Assembly (NCBI GenBank): GCA_902493385.1
Contig: CABUPO010000001.1
Coordinates: 197,720 to 261,719, forward strand
Length of the DNA: 64,000 nucleotides
From: an uncultured Lachnospiraceae bacterium
GTDB taxonomy: Bacteria > Bacillota > Clostridia > Lachnospirales > Lachnospiraceae
Direction: 5' to 3'
Both the position numbers and the translations under genes were made by a program. Positions 48,875 through 58,507 of the stretch are shown piece by piece. How positions within the stretch are numbered: position 1 is the first letter of the stretch; every line of letters begins with the position of its first letter. The notes under the pieces were generated by a model, which was not told the DNA's origin, did not search any database, and saw only the letters and a program-made list of their open reading frames with translations.

Positions 48875-49645
48875 ATGTACAACAATCTGTTTACAATAGG
48901 CCCTTTAACAATACACGGCTACGGACTGATGATAGCTGTAGGAATAATATGTGCGTTACTGTGCGGACTTAAGCTTGCACAGAAAAAAAACTTAAACACA
49001 GACGAAGTTTACAACCTTACATTCGTATGCGTTATTTTCGGCTTTCTGTCCGCAAAGCTTCTTTACTGCATCGTAGAATGGAAATCATTTATTAATAATC
49101 CGTTAAGCACGCTCGGCTCAGGAGGCTTTGTCGTATACGGCGGAATTATCGGCGGAACGCTTGCCGCAGGAATATACTGCAGAATAAAGCGTCTTTCTTT
49201 TATAAGATATTTTGATATTGTACTTCCCTCAGTCGCCATTGCCCAGGCTTTCGGACGTATAGGATGTTTTCTTGCCGGATGCTGTTACGGCAAAGAAACG
49301 GATTCGTTTATCGGCATAACATTTCATAATTCGGAGTTTGCGCCTAATAATGTGTCTCTTTATCCTACGCAGCTTTTTTCAAGCGCAGGCTGCTTTATTA
49401 TGGCTTTCATACTTTTTGCATATCTTAAAAAAGACAGAAAGCCTGGAAGCACAGGGGCATTATATCTTATTATGTACAGCATCGGCCGTTTTATTATAGA
49501 GATATTCAGGAACGATTACCGGGGAGCTGTAGGTCCCCTTTCAACGTCACAGTTCATTTCGATATGTATCCTGCTTTTGGGAATTATAATATATACAATG
49601 TCACAAAAGGACGCATTTACAGAAAAAATCCAAGATACTCATTGA
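48875..49645 (+). CDS. lgt: Prolipoprotein diacylglyceryl transferase
   Basis: HGYGLMIAVG, GGFVVYGGIIGG, AQAFGRIGCFLAGCCYG, PTQL and RFIIEIFR. Confidence 0.93.
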   Translation: MYNNLFTIGPLTIHGYGLMIAVGIICALLCGLKLAQKKNLNTDEVYNLTFVCVIFGFLSAKLLYCIVEWKSFINNPLSTLGSGGFVVYGGIIGGTLAAGIYCRIKRLSFIRYFDIVLPSVAIAQAFGRIGCFLAGCCYGKETDSFIGITFHNSEFAPNNVSLYPTQLFSSAGCFIMAFILFAYLKKDRKPGSTGALYLIMYSIGRFIIEIFRNDYRGAVGPLSTSQFISICILLLGIIIYTMSQKDAFTEKIQDTH

Positions 49646-50357
49646 ATACATTAAACAGCATGTCGCCTGAACACACCGCAATTTCAGCAGTAGAGCAGCC
49701 TACAGGCACATAGGTATACAGGTCTGATGCGCGTGTAAGCACAAGCGCCGATATAACCTCATATTCCGGGCCAAAGAGGACTTCAAGATATTCATTATAT
49801 TTTGCCGCCTGCAAAACGTCGTTATCTATAATCTCATCGTTCATTTTAAATTCAAATGAGAATACATAGCGGTCGGTAATAACAAGCACATCTGCATATA
49901 TCCTTATATGCTTTGATTTTTTTATACGCAGCTCAAATACGATTTCCCATCCGGAATAATCTATACCGTCAAGGTCGCCAAACAAATTTACCATCACATC
50001 ATGCGTATCAGAAAAAGAATGGAATAAGCCTCTTGTATCGTTTAGATTACGTCCGATGCTCATGCATCCGCTCTTCATATACTCAAACCATTCATCTTTA
50101 GAGATTTTAAGAAAATCATCCACAATCCCATAATATCCACAGTAATCCGAAAGACCTGTATGCGGCCTTGTCTGCCTTATAAGTCCACGCCACATATAAT
50201 TATCATCTCTATAACACAAATCCCTCATGAATGCCGAGCGGTACAGATAGCGGTTTACTATGCTTCTTTCCTTTCCCAGTTCTTTTGCAATGGATTTTGC
50301 CTTTATTCCGTCGTTTCGGCATATTATAGAAAATATGTCTCTTTCAATTATATCCAT
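49617..50357 (-). CDS. Winged-HTH plus PD-(D/E)XK-like nuclease domain protein
   Basis: N-terminal IAKELG..VNRYLY...W. C-terminal IVFE...ADVLVI...FSFEFK...Q..KY. Starts 4 nt after the dus stop. Confidence 0.6.
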   Translation of the reverse strand: MDIIERDIFSIICRNDGIKAKSIAKELGKERSIVNRYLYRSAFMRDLCYRDDNYMWRGLIRQTRPHTGLSDYCGYYGIVDDFLKISKDEWFEYMKSGCMSIGRNLNDTRGLFHSFSDTHDVMVNLFGDLDGIDYSGWEIVFELRIKKSKHIRIYADVLVITDRYVFSFEFKMNDEIIDNDVLQAAKYNEYLEVLFGPEYEVISALVLTRASDLYTYVPVGCSTAEIAVCSGDMLFNVFNEYLGFFL

Positions 50358-50361
50358 GTAT

Positions 50362-51312
50362 TTATCTGCTCCGTAATCCACACTCTGAAAAAATCCGGTT
50401 CACAAATACATTATACTGTGACAATGTATCTGATTTTTTCAAAAGTTTAAAATAAACGCCGTCGTCTTCAAACAAATCTATCATGTATACCCATATTTCC
50501 TTCATTTTGTATATAATAACGCGCTCGTCAGGCATTGTATCTTTATATTCAGCGTAAATTCTGTCATGAAACGATTTTAAAATATCTCTGTCAGGCGTCA
50601 TGTCACCGCCCTTCTTTATAGCGCCGGCAAGCATTGGATTGCGTATCAGCCCCCTGCCTGTCATTACAGCTTTAAGGTCTGTGTATTCCTTTGCAATATT
50701 TTCATAATCCTCATACGAGCATATATTTCCATTGTAGCATACAGGATTAGAGCTTATATCATATACATAACGAAACTTCTGTATCCTCACTTCATGCTTA
50801 TAATAATCTGTCCTTATACGCGGATGTACAATAAGTTCATATATCGGATATCTGTTGTATATTTTCATAAGCTCATATATTTCATCTTCACAGGCAAACC
50901 CTATTCGCGTTTTAACCGATATATCCATAAATGGAAGCTCATTAAATATATGCTCAAAGAATCTGTCCAGTTCGGCAGGTTTTTCCAAAAACCCCGCGCC
51001 TTTATTTTTCGCGGCGACGGTTCCCGAAGGACACCCAAGATTAAAGTTAATTTCTTTATAACCTCTGTCATATATAAGCTTTGCAAACCTTACAAAATTC
51101 TCTGCGTTATTTGAAATAATCTGAGGAACCAGCAGTATTTCTTTATTATTTTCCGGCAGAATATCCTTTATTTCACGCTTCTTCATTTTACGGCTGCCTT
51201 CAGCGGCAATGAACGGCGTAAAATATTTATCAATATGCCCGAAAAATTCTCTGTATGCATTTCTGTATGTATATATAGTTATTCCTTCCATAGGCGCCAT
51301 ATAAATTTTCAT
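50362..51312 (-). CDS. dus: tRNA-dihydrouridine synthase family protein
   Basis: MAPMEG, NFNLGCP, GAGFL, SVKTRIG, IVHPR, YNGNI and MTGRG. Confidence 0.9.
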   Translation of the reverse strand: MKIYMAPMEGITIYTYRNAYREFFGHIDKYFTPFIAAEGSRKMKKREIKDILPENNKEILLVPQIISNNAENFVRFAKLIYDRGYKEINFNLGCPSGTVAAKNKGAGFLEKPAELDRFFEHIFNELPFMDISVKTRIGFACEDEIYELMKIYNRYPIYELIVHPRIRTDYYKHEVRIQKFRYVYDISSNPVCYNGNICSYEDYENIAKEYTDLKAVMTGRGLIRNPMLAGAIKKGGDMTPDRDILKSFHDRIYAEYKDTMPDERVIIYKMKEIWVYMIDLFEDDGVYFKLLKKSDTLSQYNVFVNRIFSECGLRSR

Positions 51313-51325
51313 TATCCTGAATCCT

Positions 51326-52063
51326 TTACCGTCGTTTTCTGTATTTTTTCTCAAGCCTGAACCTTATATCCTTCAAATATGCATCCACTGATTTATCTGA
51401 CTTAAACGGGAAGAAGAAATGCGTCTTCGTCATGTTCTCATCATGTATGCTTCGTATATGCGCTTTAAGATTCTCATAGCGTACGACAACTTCATTTTCT
51501 TCCGCAAACGCCCGAAGCCTGCTTAACAGCTTTACACTGTACGCAACATCAATTGCAAATACTCCGAAAAATACTCCTATTACAAACGAAAACGCCAGAT
51601 TTTCCGAAAGCCAGTTAAGAGCGTTTAAAATGTACGGATGAATAAAAAAATAATACACCGCGCCAAGAAACGCCCATATTGCCGAAAACAACGGACAGAT
51701 AATTCCATTTATATTGCCCCATTGTCCGCTGTAATCCCACAGTCTTACATTAGTCATCTTTAATATAAGTATACCTGCAATATATTCAATCACAGTCATG
51801 CATATTGCCATGACTATAAACAAAACCAGCCTGTTAAGATACATATTTTGTATAAAATCCACGTTTTCAAAAGATGCAATAATATACATCAGACATAACC
51901 CAAAACCGTAAAGCGGCACATACGGACCCACACAGAAGCCTGGGTTAATCCATTTACGATTAGGATTTGACGTTGATATAAATCTCCTGAAAAATAATTC
52001 AAGCACCCATCCTGTAACAGAACCGATAAAAAATAAAAATGCCAGAATCAAAAAGAGATTCAT
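51326..52063 (-). CDS. Putative ABC transporter permease (DUF1113/CmpB-like) membrane protein
   Basis: GWVLE, GF..GPYVPLYGFG, EYIAG and LWDYS..WGNINGIICP. Confidence 0.85.
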   Translation of the reverse strand: MNLFLILAFLFFIGSVTGWVLELFFRRFISTSNPNRKWINPGFCVGPYVPLYGFGLCLMYIIASFENVDFIQNMYLNRLVLFIVMAICMTVIEYIAGILILKMTNVRLWDYSGQWGNINGIICPLFSAIWAFLGAVYYFFIHPYILNALNWLSENLAFSFVIGVFFGVFAIDVAYSVKLLSRLRAFAEENEVVVRYENLKAHIRSIHDENMTKTHFFFPFKSDKSVDAYLKDIRFRLEKKYRKRR

Positions 52064-52184
52064 AATATAAACCCCCTGTCACTTTTAAATTACACACATA
52101 TAATAACACATAATCTTTTGCATTGACAAATAGCTTTGTTATAATATATAAAAGAATTAAATAAAACGAAACGGGGAAACTGCA

Positions 52185-53477
52185 ATGAAAAAAAACAGGA
52201 TATTATCATCCGCGCTTGTGCTTACATTAATATTATCATCCTATAGTATTACAGGCGCGGCAAAAAAACCAAAGCTTAATCACAAATCCATAGAATTAAA
52301 GATTGGACAGACTGCTGTGATTAAAGTTAAAAATGCTTCCAAAGCTGCAAGGGCAGTGTGGAAATCAACAAAAAAAAGCGTAGCAAAAATCACAAAAAAA
52401 ACTACAACGGGCAAGAACATCCGCGCAGCCATTAAAGGTATGGCCACAGGAAAAGCTGTAATTAAAGCATCGTATAAGACCGGCGGCAAAAAGAAAAATC
52501 TGTCCTGCAAAGTTACTGTCAGCGCAGCCGATAATCCACAGACTATAACAACAAGGCCGGCCCTGACGCCTTATATACAGGCTTCACCAATACCAACGAT
52601 AACTCCGGCCGAAACGCCTTCCACAGAACCTACGGCAGCTCCTCCTACAAGAACCCCTCTTGTAATCGATGATACTTCTACTCCGTCAGATTTCAACGTA
52701 AAGCAGTCGGGAGTATCATACGGAAATCTTTCAAGAGTTACTTATTATTCAACAACAGTCGGCAAAGAACGTGCATTTAATGTCATAACACCGCCTGATT
52801 ATGACCCGGATGAAAAGTATCCTGTCCTTTACCTTTGTCACGGAGGAAATGGAGATGAGGGAGACTGGATATCAGGAAAGCCCGATGTAATCTTAGGCAA
52901 CCTTATTGCTAAGGGTGAAGCAAGGCCAATGATTATGGTTTTGGTGAACTGCCGGGCAAGAATGGACGATAAGGCTAACCCGTCAGATTCATTATCGCAC
53001 GAGCATATGGACGCATGGACTAATTTCCTGTTTGAGCTTCAGGCAGACGTAATGCCATATATGGAAGAAAACTACCCTGTTCTGACAGGACGTGAAAATA
53101 CGGGCATCTGCGGTCTTTCAATGGGCGGAAGAGAATCTCTGTATATAGGTTTCAAAATACCTGAAAAAATTGCCTATATCGGAGCATTCAGTCCTGCATT
53201 TGGTATTTTTGAATACGAAAACTGGGGGCTTCACGAAGACGGTTATTTCACCGAGGAAGAATTTACACTGCCCAAGGAATACATGGACACGACAACATGC
53301 ATGATTATGAACGGCGCCAATGACAGCATGGTAAGAGATGAACCCGAAAGATACCACAATGCTCTGGCTGCCAACGGTGTAAATCATTATTATTATACCA
53401 TTCCGGGAGACCACAATATGGACGTATGGGCAAACGGACTGTACCATTTCCTTAAGATAGCTTTTAAACAGCAATGA
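52185..53477 (+). CDS. Secreted CE1 (feruloyl/acetyl-xylan) esterase with Lys-rich Ig-like module and P/T linker
   Basis: YYSTT, PPDY..KYPVLYLCHG, nucleophile motif GLSMGG, IGAFSPA and GDH...W. Signal peptide ending TGA|AKK. Confidence 0.88.
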   Translation: MKKNRILSSALVLTLILSSYSITGAAKKPKLNHKSIELKIGQTAVIKVKNASKAARAVWKSTKKSVAKITKKTTTGKNIRAAIKGMATGKAVIKASYKTGGKKKNLSCKVTVSAADNPQTITTRPALTPYIQASPIPTITPAETPSTEPTAAPPTRTPLVIDDTSTPSDFNVKQSGVSYGNLSRVTYYSTTVGKERAFNVITPPDYDPDEKYPVLYLCHGGNGDEGDWISGKPDVILGNLIAKGEARPMIMVLVNCRARMDDKANPSDSLSHEHMDAWTNFLFELQADVMPYMEENYPVLTGRENTGICGLSMGGRESLYIGFKIPEKIAYIGAFSPAFGIFEYENWGLHEDGYFTEEEFTLPKEYMDTTTCMIMNGANDSMVRDEPERYHNALAANGVNHYYYTIPGDHNMDVWANGLYHFLKIAFKQQ

Positions 53478-53534
53478 CAAAAGTCCTAAATACATACGGA
53501 TAACAAATAGTACTCTCGTCTTTTCTAAGACCTC

Positions 53535-53563
53535 TTGACAATTTGAGGGGTTACAGATATAAT
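53535..53563 (+). promoter_or_regulatory. Consensus sigma-A promoter of tetR
   Basis: TTGACA at 53535-53540, 17 bp spacer, TATAAT at 53558-53563. Confidence 0.85.
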
Positions 53564-53591
53564 ATATCAGTGATATATATCACTGATATAT
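53562..53591. promoter_or_regulatory. Perfect 30-bp palindrome, likely the TetR autoregulatory operator
   Basis: ATATATCAGTGATATATATCACTGATATAT is its own reverse complement and overlaps the -10/+1 region of tetR. Confidence 0.75.
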
Positions 53592-53603
53592 CGGGAGGAA
53601 GCC

Positions 53604-54224
53604 ATGAGCGAAGCAGAACAAACAACATTGGAACGAATACATGCAGCGGCAAAAGAAGCGTTTATGGAATACGGCTATAAGTCAGCCTCTCTTCGGAGCA
53701 TTGTCAAAACAGCAGGCGTTACGCTGGGCGCATTTTACGGATACTATAACAGCAAAGAAGAACTTTTTGAAGCGCTGGTCGGCGAGCAATACAATCACAT
53801 GTTGGATTGTTACCGTAAGGCACAATCGGATTTCGCTGCTCTTCCCCAAAAAGAGCAGGTAGAGCATATGAGCGAAATTTCAGGGGATTGCATGACAGAA
53901 ATGCTGTTGTATGCTTATGATAATCTTGACGAGTTCAAATTGATCCTCTGCGGCTCTGAAGGAACCAGATTTTCCGGGATGGTTGACGAAATGGTGGAAA
54001 TCGAGGTTAAGGCTACCCACGATTATCAGGAGGTTTTAAACAGACTTGGAAAGCCGTCGCCGGAAATTGATCCGAGACTCGAGCATATTCTGATTACCGG
54101 AATGTTCGGAACATTTATGGAACTGATTATTCACGAAATGTCTTTGGAACAGGCGCTTAGCTACTTAAAGGAAATGCGTGAGTTTTATACCGCAGGCTGG
54201 ATGAAAATTATGGGCCAGACTTGA
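53604..54224 (+). CDS. TetR/AcrR family transcriptional regulator
   Basis: AAKEAFMEYGYKSASLRSIVKTAGVTLGAFYGYYNSKEELF. Confidence 0.95.
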   Translation: MSEAEQTTLERIHAAAKEAFMEYGYKSASLRSIVKTAGVTLGAFYGYYNSKEELFEALVGEQYNHMLDCYRKAQSDFAALPQKEQVEHMSEISGDCMTEMLLYAYDNLDEFKLILCGSEGTRFSGMVDEMVEIEVKATHDYQEVLNRLGKPSPEIDPRLEHILITGMFGTFMELIIHEMSLEQALSYLKEMREFYTAGWMKIMGQT

Positions 54225-54246
54225 GCCCTATAATTTTTGGCCACAG

Positions 54247-54262
54247 GTTAGCGATAGCTAAC
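54247..54262. promoter_or_regulatory. GTTAGC-N4-GCTAAC operator (DtxR/MntR-like) before the ABC pair
   Basis: GTTAGC GATA GCTAAC; the same motif recurs five more times in this block. Confidence 0.7.
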
Positions 54263-54336
54263 TCAAAAAACAATGATATTTGAAATCGGCTGCAGCGGTT
54301 TCTGTATCATTAATTTTTTCACAAGGAGGACTGAAA

Positions 54337-56112
54337 GTGAAGAAAAATAAAAATCTTTCAGAGCTTATGAGCTTTGCGGGTAATCATAAATATCTTACCT
54401 GCTTATCGCTCGTATTATCGGTAATCAGTGCAATTTTAGCGCTGTTTCCGTTTGTCTTTATCTTCTTTATCATTAAAGAAGTAATTGAGGTCGCGCCGAA
54501 CTGCTCACAGGCTGTTCATGTTGTACATAACGGCTGGATGGCGGTACTGTTTGCCTTGATTTCCATTCTCATTTATGTAGGAGCATTGATGTGTTCCCAT
54601 ATGTCGGCGTTTCGTATTGCGGGAAACATACGAAAAACACTGATGGGGCATATTGTACAGCTTCCTCTCGGCTTTATCGGAGAAATGGGAAGCGGAAAAA
54701 TCCGCCGTATTGTTCACGACAGCAGTGCTGCAACCGAAACTTACCTTGCCCATCAGCTTCCGGATATGGCTGGAGCCATAACAACACCGATTGGCATGAT
54801 TGTTATGCTGTTTCTTTTTGACTGGCGGTTCGGGCTTATTTGTCTTATTCCTGTTATTCTCGGCTTTGCGGCAATGTTCAAAATGGCCGGACCCGGCATG
54901 GCGGAGGATATGAAAAATTATCAAAACGCTTTGGCGGATATGAATAACGAGGCGGTGGAATATGTACGAGGCGTGCCGGTTGTAAAAACCTTCGGGCAGA
55001 CCGTACATACCTTCAAGCGTTTTAAGGGCTCAATAGACAGCTACTATAAATTCTGTATCGCCTATTGCAAAAAGTGCCGTATGCCAATGCTTATGTACAC
55101 CGTTTTTATAAACAGCGCTTTCGCCTTTTTAATCACGCTGGCATTAATACTTGCAGGCGGCGAAGCCGTAACGCAGTCTTTGCTGCTCAGTTTCATTTTC
55201 TATATCATTTTCACGCCTGTTATTACTACATCCATGACAAAGGTTATGTATATGAGCGAAAACGGGATGATAGTAGCCGATGCGCTTACCCGTATTCATT
55301 CGATACTGGATATGAAGCCTCTGCCCGATGCACAAAGGCCGGCGTCACCTAAGGATAACTCGGTAGAATTTAAGAATGTCTCTTTCCGATACAGCGGAGC
55401 AAAAAGTGATGCAATTCGGAATGTTTCCTTTAAGGTAAACCCGGGTGACACTGTCGCGCTTGTCGGTCCGTCAGGCGGCGGCAAATCGACCGCAGCAGGA
55501 CTTATTTCACGATTTTGGGATGTTATGGGCGGCGAAATCATGGTCGGCGGTGTAAATGTAAAAAACATTAAAAAGTCCGAACTGACGGAAACCGTATCCT
55601 ATGTTTTTCAGGACAGCAGGCTCTTAAAAGCCTCTGTTTTTGATAATGTGAGACTGGCAAGACCGAATGCTTCCCAAAACGAAGTGGAAAATGCTTTGCA
55701 CAAAGCGCAGTGTGACGATATTATTGCAAAGCTCCCAGACGGGATTGATACGGTAATCGGTACCAAAGGCGTTTATCTTTCGGGCGGCGAGCAGCAACGC
55801 ATTGCTATTGCCCGTGTAATGCTGAAAGATGCGCCTATCATTGTTCTGGACGAAGCAACCGCCTTTGCCGATCCGGAAAATGAAGCTCTTGTACAACGTG
55901 CTTTTGAGGAATTGTCAAAGGATAAAACCGTTATTATTATCGCACACCGTTTAACGACAATCAGAAATGCGGACAGGATATTTGTATTAAAGGACGGACA
56001 AATTGAGGAATCCGGCACGCATGATAAGCTTTCGCAAAGCGACGGTTTATATGCGAAAATGTGGCAGGATTATCAGACCTCGATAAGCTGGAAGGTTGGA
56101 GGTGCAATATGA
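54337..56112 (+). CDS. ABC transporter, fused permease/ATPase, subunit 1 (IrtA/YbtP-like)
   Basis: GTG start after AAGGAGG. SHxSAF, AHQLPD, VEYVRG.PVVKTF, GPSGGGKS, LSGGEQQR and LDEATAFADPENE. Confidence 0.9.
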   Translation: MKKNKNLSELMSFAGNHKYLTCLSLVLSVISAILALFPFVFIFFIIKEVIEVAPNCSQAVHVVHNGWMAVLFALISILIYVGALMCSHMSAFRIAGNIRKTLMGHIVQLPLGFIGEMGSGKIRRIVHDSSAATETYLAHQLPDMAGAITTPIGMIVMLFLFDWRFGLICLIPVILGFAAMFKMAGPGMAEDMKNYQNALADMNNEAVEYVRGVPVVKTFGQTVHTFKRFKGSIDSYYKFCIAYCKKCRMPMLMYTVFINSAFAFLITLALILAGGEAVTQSLLLSFIFYIIFTPVITTSMTKVMYMSENGMIVADALTRIHSILDMKPLPDAQRPASPKDNSVEFKNVSFRYSGAKSDAIRNVSFKVNPGDTVALVGPSGGGKSTAAGLISRFWDVMGGEIMVGGVNVKNIKKSELTETVSYVFQDSRLLKASVFDNVRLARPNASQNEVENALHKAQCDDIIAKLPDGIDTVIGTKGVYLSGGEQQRIAIARVMLKDAPIIVLDEATAFADPENEALVQRAFEELSKDKTVIIIAHRLTTIRNADRIFVLKDGQIEESGTHDKLSQSDGLYAKMWQDYQTSISWKVGGAI

Positions 56113-57842
56113 CAGACAGAATAATGAAACGATTTGCACTCTCAAAAGAGGGCGCAAAGGGACTTGTGGTTGCAATTCTGGCGTGTACGGTAAGCGACCT
56201 TGTATTGATGTTCCCTGTGGGACTTCTGTATTTTGCGGTAAACGATTTTATGGACGGACCGGTACCGACAAGTCATTATGCGTTATACGGAATCGGTATT
56301 GTTACCGCTCTTTTGTTGATTTTTCTCTCGGAATTTTGGAAATATAACGCCACATACTTCTCTACTTACCGCGAATCAGGTAAATGCAGAATTCGTCTGG
56401 CGGAAAAGCTTCGTCGGCTTCCGCTGTCATTCTTCGGAAAAAAAAACCTTGCGGATCTTACGAATACAATGCTCGGCGATGTGGCAACGACAGAGCGTAT
56501 GTTTTCTCACTATGTACCGCAGTATTATGCCTCTATTCTTTCCACTTGTATTATTGCCATAAACCTGTTTTTCTACGACAGAAGACTTGCGCTTGCCGCA
56601 TTGTGGGTCCTGCCTGTGGCGCTTTTAATCGTCGGACTTTCTAAAAAAGCGCAGAATTATTTTACACGCAGACAAAGTCAGGCGCAGATTACTGTGCAGG
56701 ACGGTATCCAGGAGTGTTTGGAAACGGTTCGTGATTTAAAAAGCAACAATGCGGAGAAAGAGTACTTAAAAGGACTTAATCAAAAAATCGGGCATCTTGA
56801 GAGCCGCAGTATAAAAAGCGAGTTTGGCAGCGCTATGTTTGTCGTCCCTGCGCAGATGATTCTAAAGCTTGGTATTGCTTGTGTAGCGCTCGTGGGCAGT
56901 ATGTTGCTGATAGACGGTTCGCTTTCTTTGATTACATTCTTTATGTTCCTGCTTGTTGTGTCAAGACTTTATGAACCGATGTCCTTCGCATTGCAGAATT
57001 TAGCCGCGATGAATTCTCTGCAAGTCAATATTGACCGTATGAATGAAATTGAAAACTGCAAAGAGCAGGACGGTAAAAAGGAATTCAATCCGACGGGCTA
57101 CGATATTGTGTTTGAAAATGTAGGATTCGCCTACAACAGTGAAGAAACAGTGCTTCAAAATGTATCCTTTACGGCAAAGCAGGGCGAAGTAACCGCGCTT
57201 GTCGGTCCGTCAGGCGGCGGCAAATCGACAGCAGCGAAATTAGCGGCAAGATTCTGGGATGCAGACAAGGGGAAAATCACCGTAGGCGGCGTAGATGTGA
57301 CAAAGGTTGAGCCCGAACAGCTTTTGACCGCGTTCTCAATTGTGTTTCAGGATGTAACGCTCTTTAACAATACAGTCATGGAAAATATCCGAATCGGCAG
57401 AAAAGACGCTACAGACGAGGAAGTCATTGCGGCTGCAAAAATGGCGAACTGCGAAGAATTTGTAGAAAAGCTCCCTGATAAATGGAACAGCAATATAGGA
57501 GAAAACGGAAGTTCGCTTTCGGGCGGCGAACGACAGCGCATTTCCATTGCAAGGGCATTTCTGAAAGACGCTCCCATTATTTTGCTTGACGAAGCCACCG
57601 CTTCTCTTGATGCGGAAAATGAAATGGCAATTCAATCGGCTCTCTCACGCCTGATTAAAGATAAAACCGTTCTTCTGATTGCACACCGAATGCGTACCGT
57701 TGCCAGGACAAACAAGGTTGTCGTTCTTTCAAACGGCACTGTATCCGAGCAGGGACATCCTGATAAACTCTTTAAACAGAACGGACTTTACACCCGTATG
57801 GTAAAGCTGCAGACAGAAAGCCAGGATTGGTCGATTGGATAA
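56109..57842 (+). CDS. ABC transporter, fused permease/ATPase, subunit 2 (IrtB/YbtQ-like)
   Basis: ATGA overlap with subunit 1. RIRLAEKLRRLPLSFF, GPSGGGKS, LSGGERQR and LDEATASLDAENE. Confidence 0.9.
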   Translation: MTDRIMKRFALSKEGAKGLVVAILACTVSDLVLMFPVGLLYFAVNDFMDGPVPTSHYALYGIGIVTALLLIFLSEFWKYNATYFSTYRESGKCRIRLAEKLRRLPLSFFGKKNLADLTNTMLGDVATTERMFSHYVPQYYASILSTCIIAINLFFYDRRLALAALWVLPVALLIVGLSKKAQNYFTRRQSQAQITVQDGIQECLETVRDLKSNNAEKEYLKGLNQKIGHLESRSIKSEFGSAMFVVPAQMILKLGIACVALVGSMLLIDGSLSLITFFMFLLVVSRLYEPMSFALQNLAAMNSLQVNIDRMNEIENCKEQDGKKEFNPTGYDIVFENVGFAYNSEETVLQNVSFTAKQGEVTALVGPSGGGKSTAAKLAARFWDADKGKITVGGVDVTKVEPEQLLTAFSIVFQDVTLFNNTVMENIRIGRKDATDEEVIAAAKMANCEEFVEKLPDKWNSNIGENGSSLSGGERQRISIARAFLKDAPIILLDEATASLDAENEMAIQSALSRLIKDKTVLLIAHRMRTVARTNKVVVLSNGTVSEQGHPDKLFKQNGLYTRMVKLQTESQDWSIG

Positions 57843-57852
57843 AATAAAAATA

Positions 57853-57891
57853 CAAAGCAGAGTCAGTTATCTCCAAACCGGCTCTGCTTTC
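57853..57891 (+). terminator. Terminator after the ABC pair
   Basis: Stem AAAGCAGAG.C.GTT / AAC.G.CTCTGCTTT. Confidence 0.65.
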
Positions 57892-57963
57892 TGCAAATTC
57901 TGATATAATTTAGCCCGGCAGCACAATTCATTCCAAAAATCGCTGTCGGGCTTTTACGCAGGT

Positions 57964-58338
57964 TTATTTATCCAGGTGCTTTAAAACATGCTTTTTCAAT
58001 GCTTCAAAGGATTCGTCGCTTATATCGTGTTCCATTTTACAGGCGTCCTCGGCAGCGGTTTCTTTATCGACGCCAAGGCGGATTAAAAATTCGGTCAGCA
58101 ATGTATGCCTTTCATAAATTTTTTCAGCAACTTCCAGTCCGGCATCGGTGAGGGTCAGAGAACCGTCCGCATCCATATTCAAAAATCCGCCTTTTCTCAA
58201 AATACCGACTGCACGACTTACGCTGGGCTTGGAAAAGCCCATATATTCGCCCACGTCAATTGAGCGGACATAACTGCTTTTTTTAGATAATATATAAATG
58301 GTTTCCAGGTACATCTCGCCGGATTCCTGCAAATGCAT
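57964..58338 (-). CDS. DtxR/MntR family metal-dependent repressor
   Basis: ESGEMYLETI, SKPSVSRAV, IYERH and DACKMEHDIS metal-ligand motifs; divergent from the feo operon. Confidence 0.93.
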   Translation of the reverse strand: MHLQESGEMYLETIYILSKKSSYVRSIDVGEYMGFSKPSVSRAVGILRKGGFLNMDADGSLTLTDAGLEVAEKIYERHTLLTEFLIRLGVDKETAAEDACKMEHDISDESFEALKKHVLKHLDK

Positions 58339-58507
58339 AGTAACCCTCCTTCGTCTTTTATTAAGTGTCATCGAAACTATTCGGTTAGCAATAACATACC
58401 ACTCACACGCAAAAAAATCAAGTGTAAAGCAGGCGTTCCTTTATGTGAGCATTCCAGATATACTTCGACCTTTTTATAAAACAAAAACGGAAATTTCAAA
58501 AAGCCTA

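Noticed and set aside
52064..53603. Integrase, transposase, tRNA or att site at the left edge of the iron block
   Set aside because: None is visible, so no mobile element feature is called.
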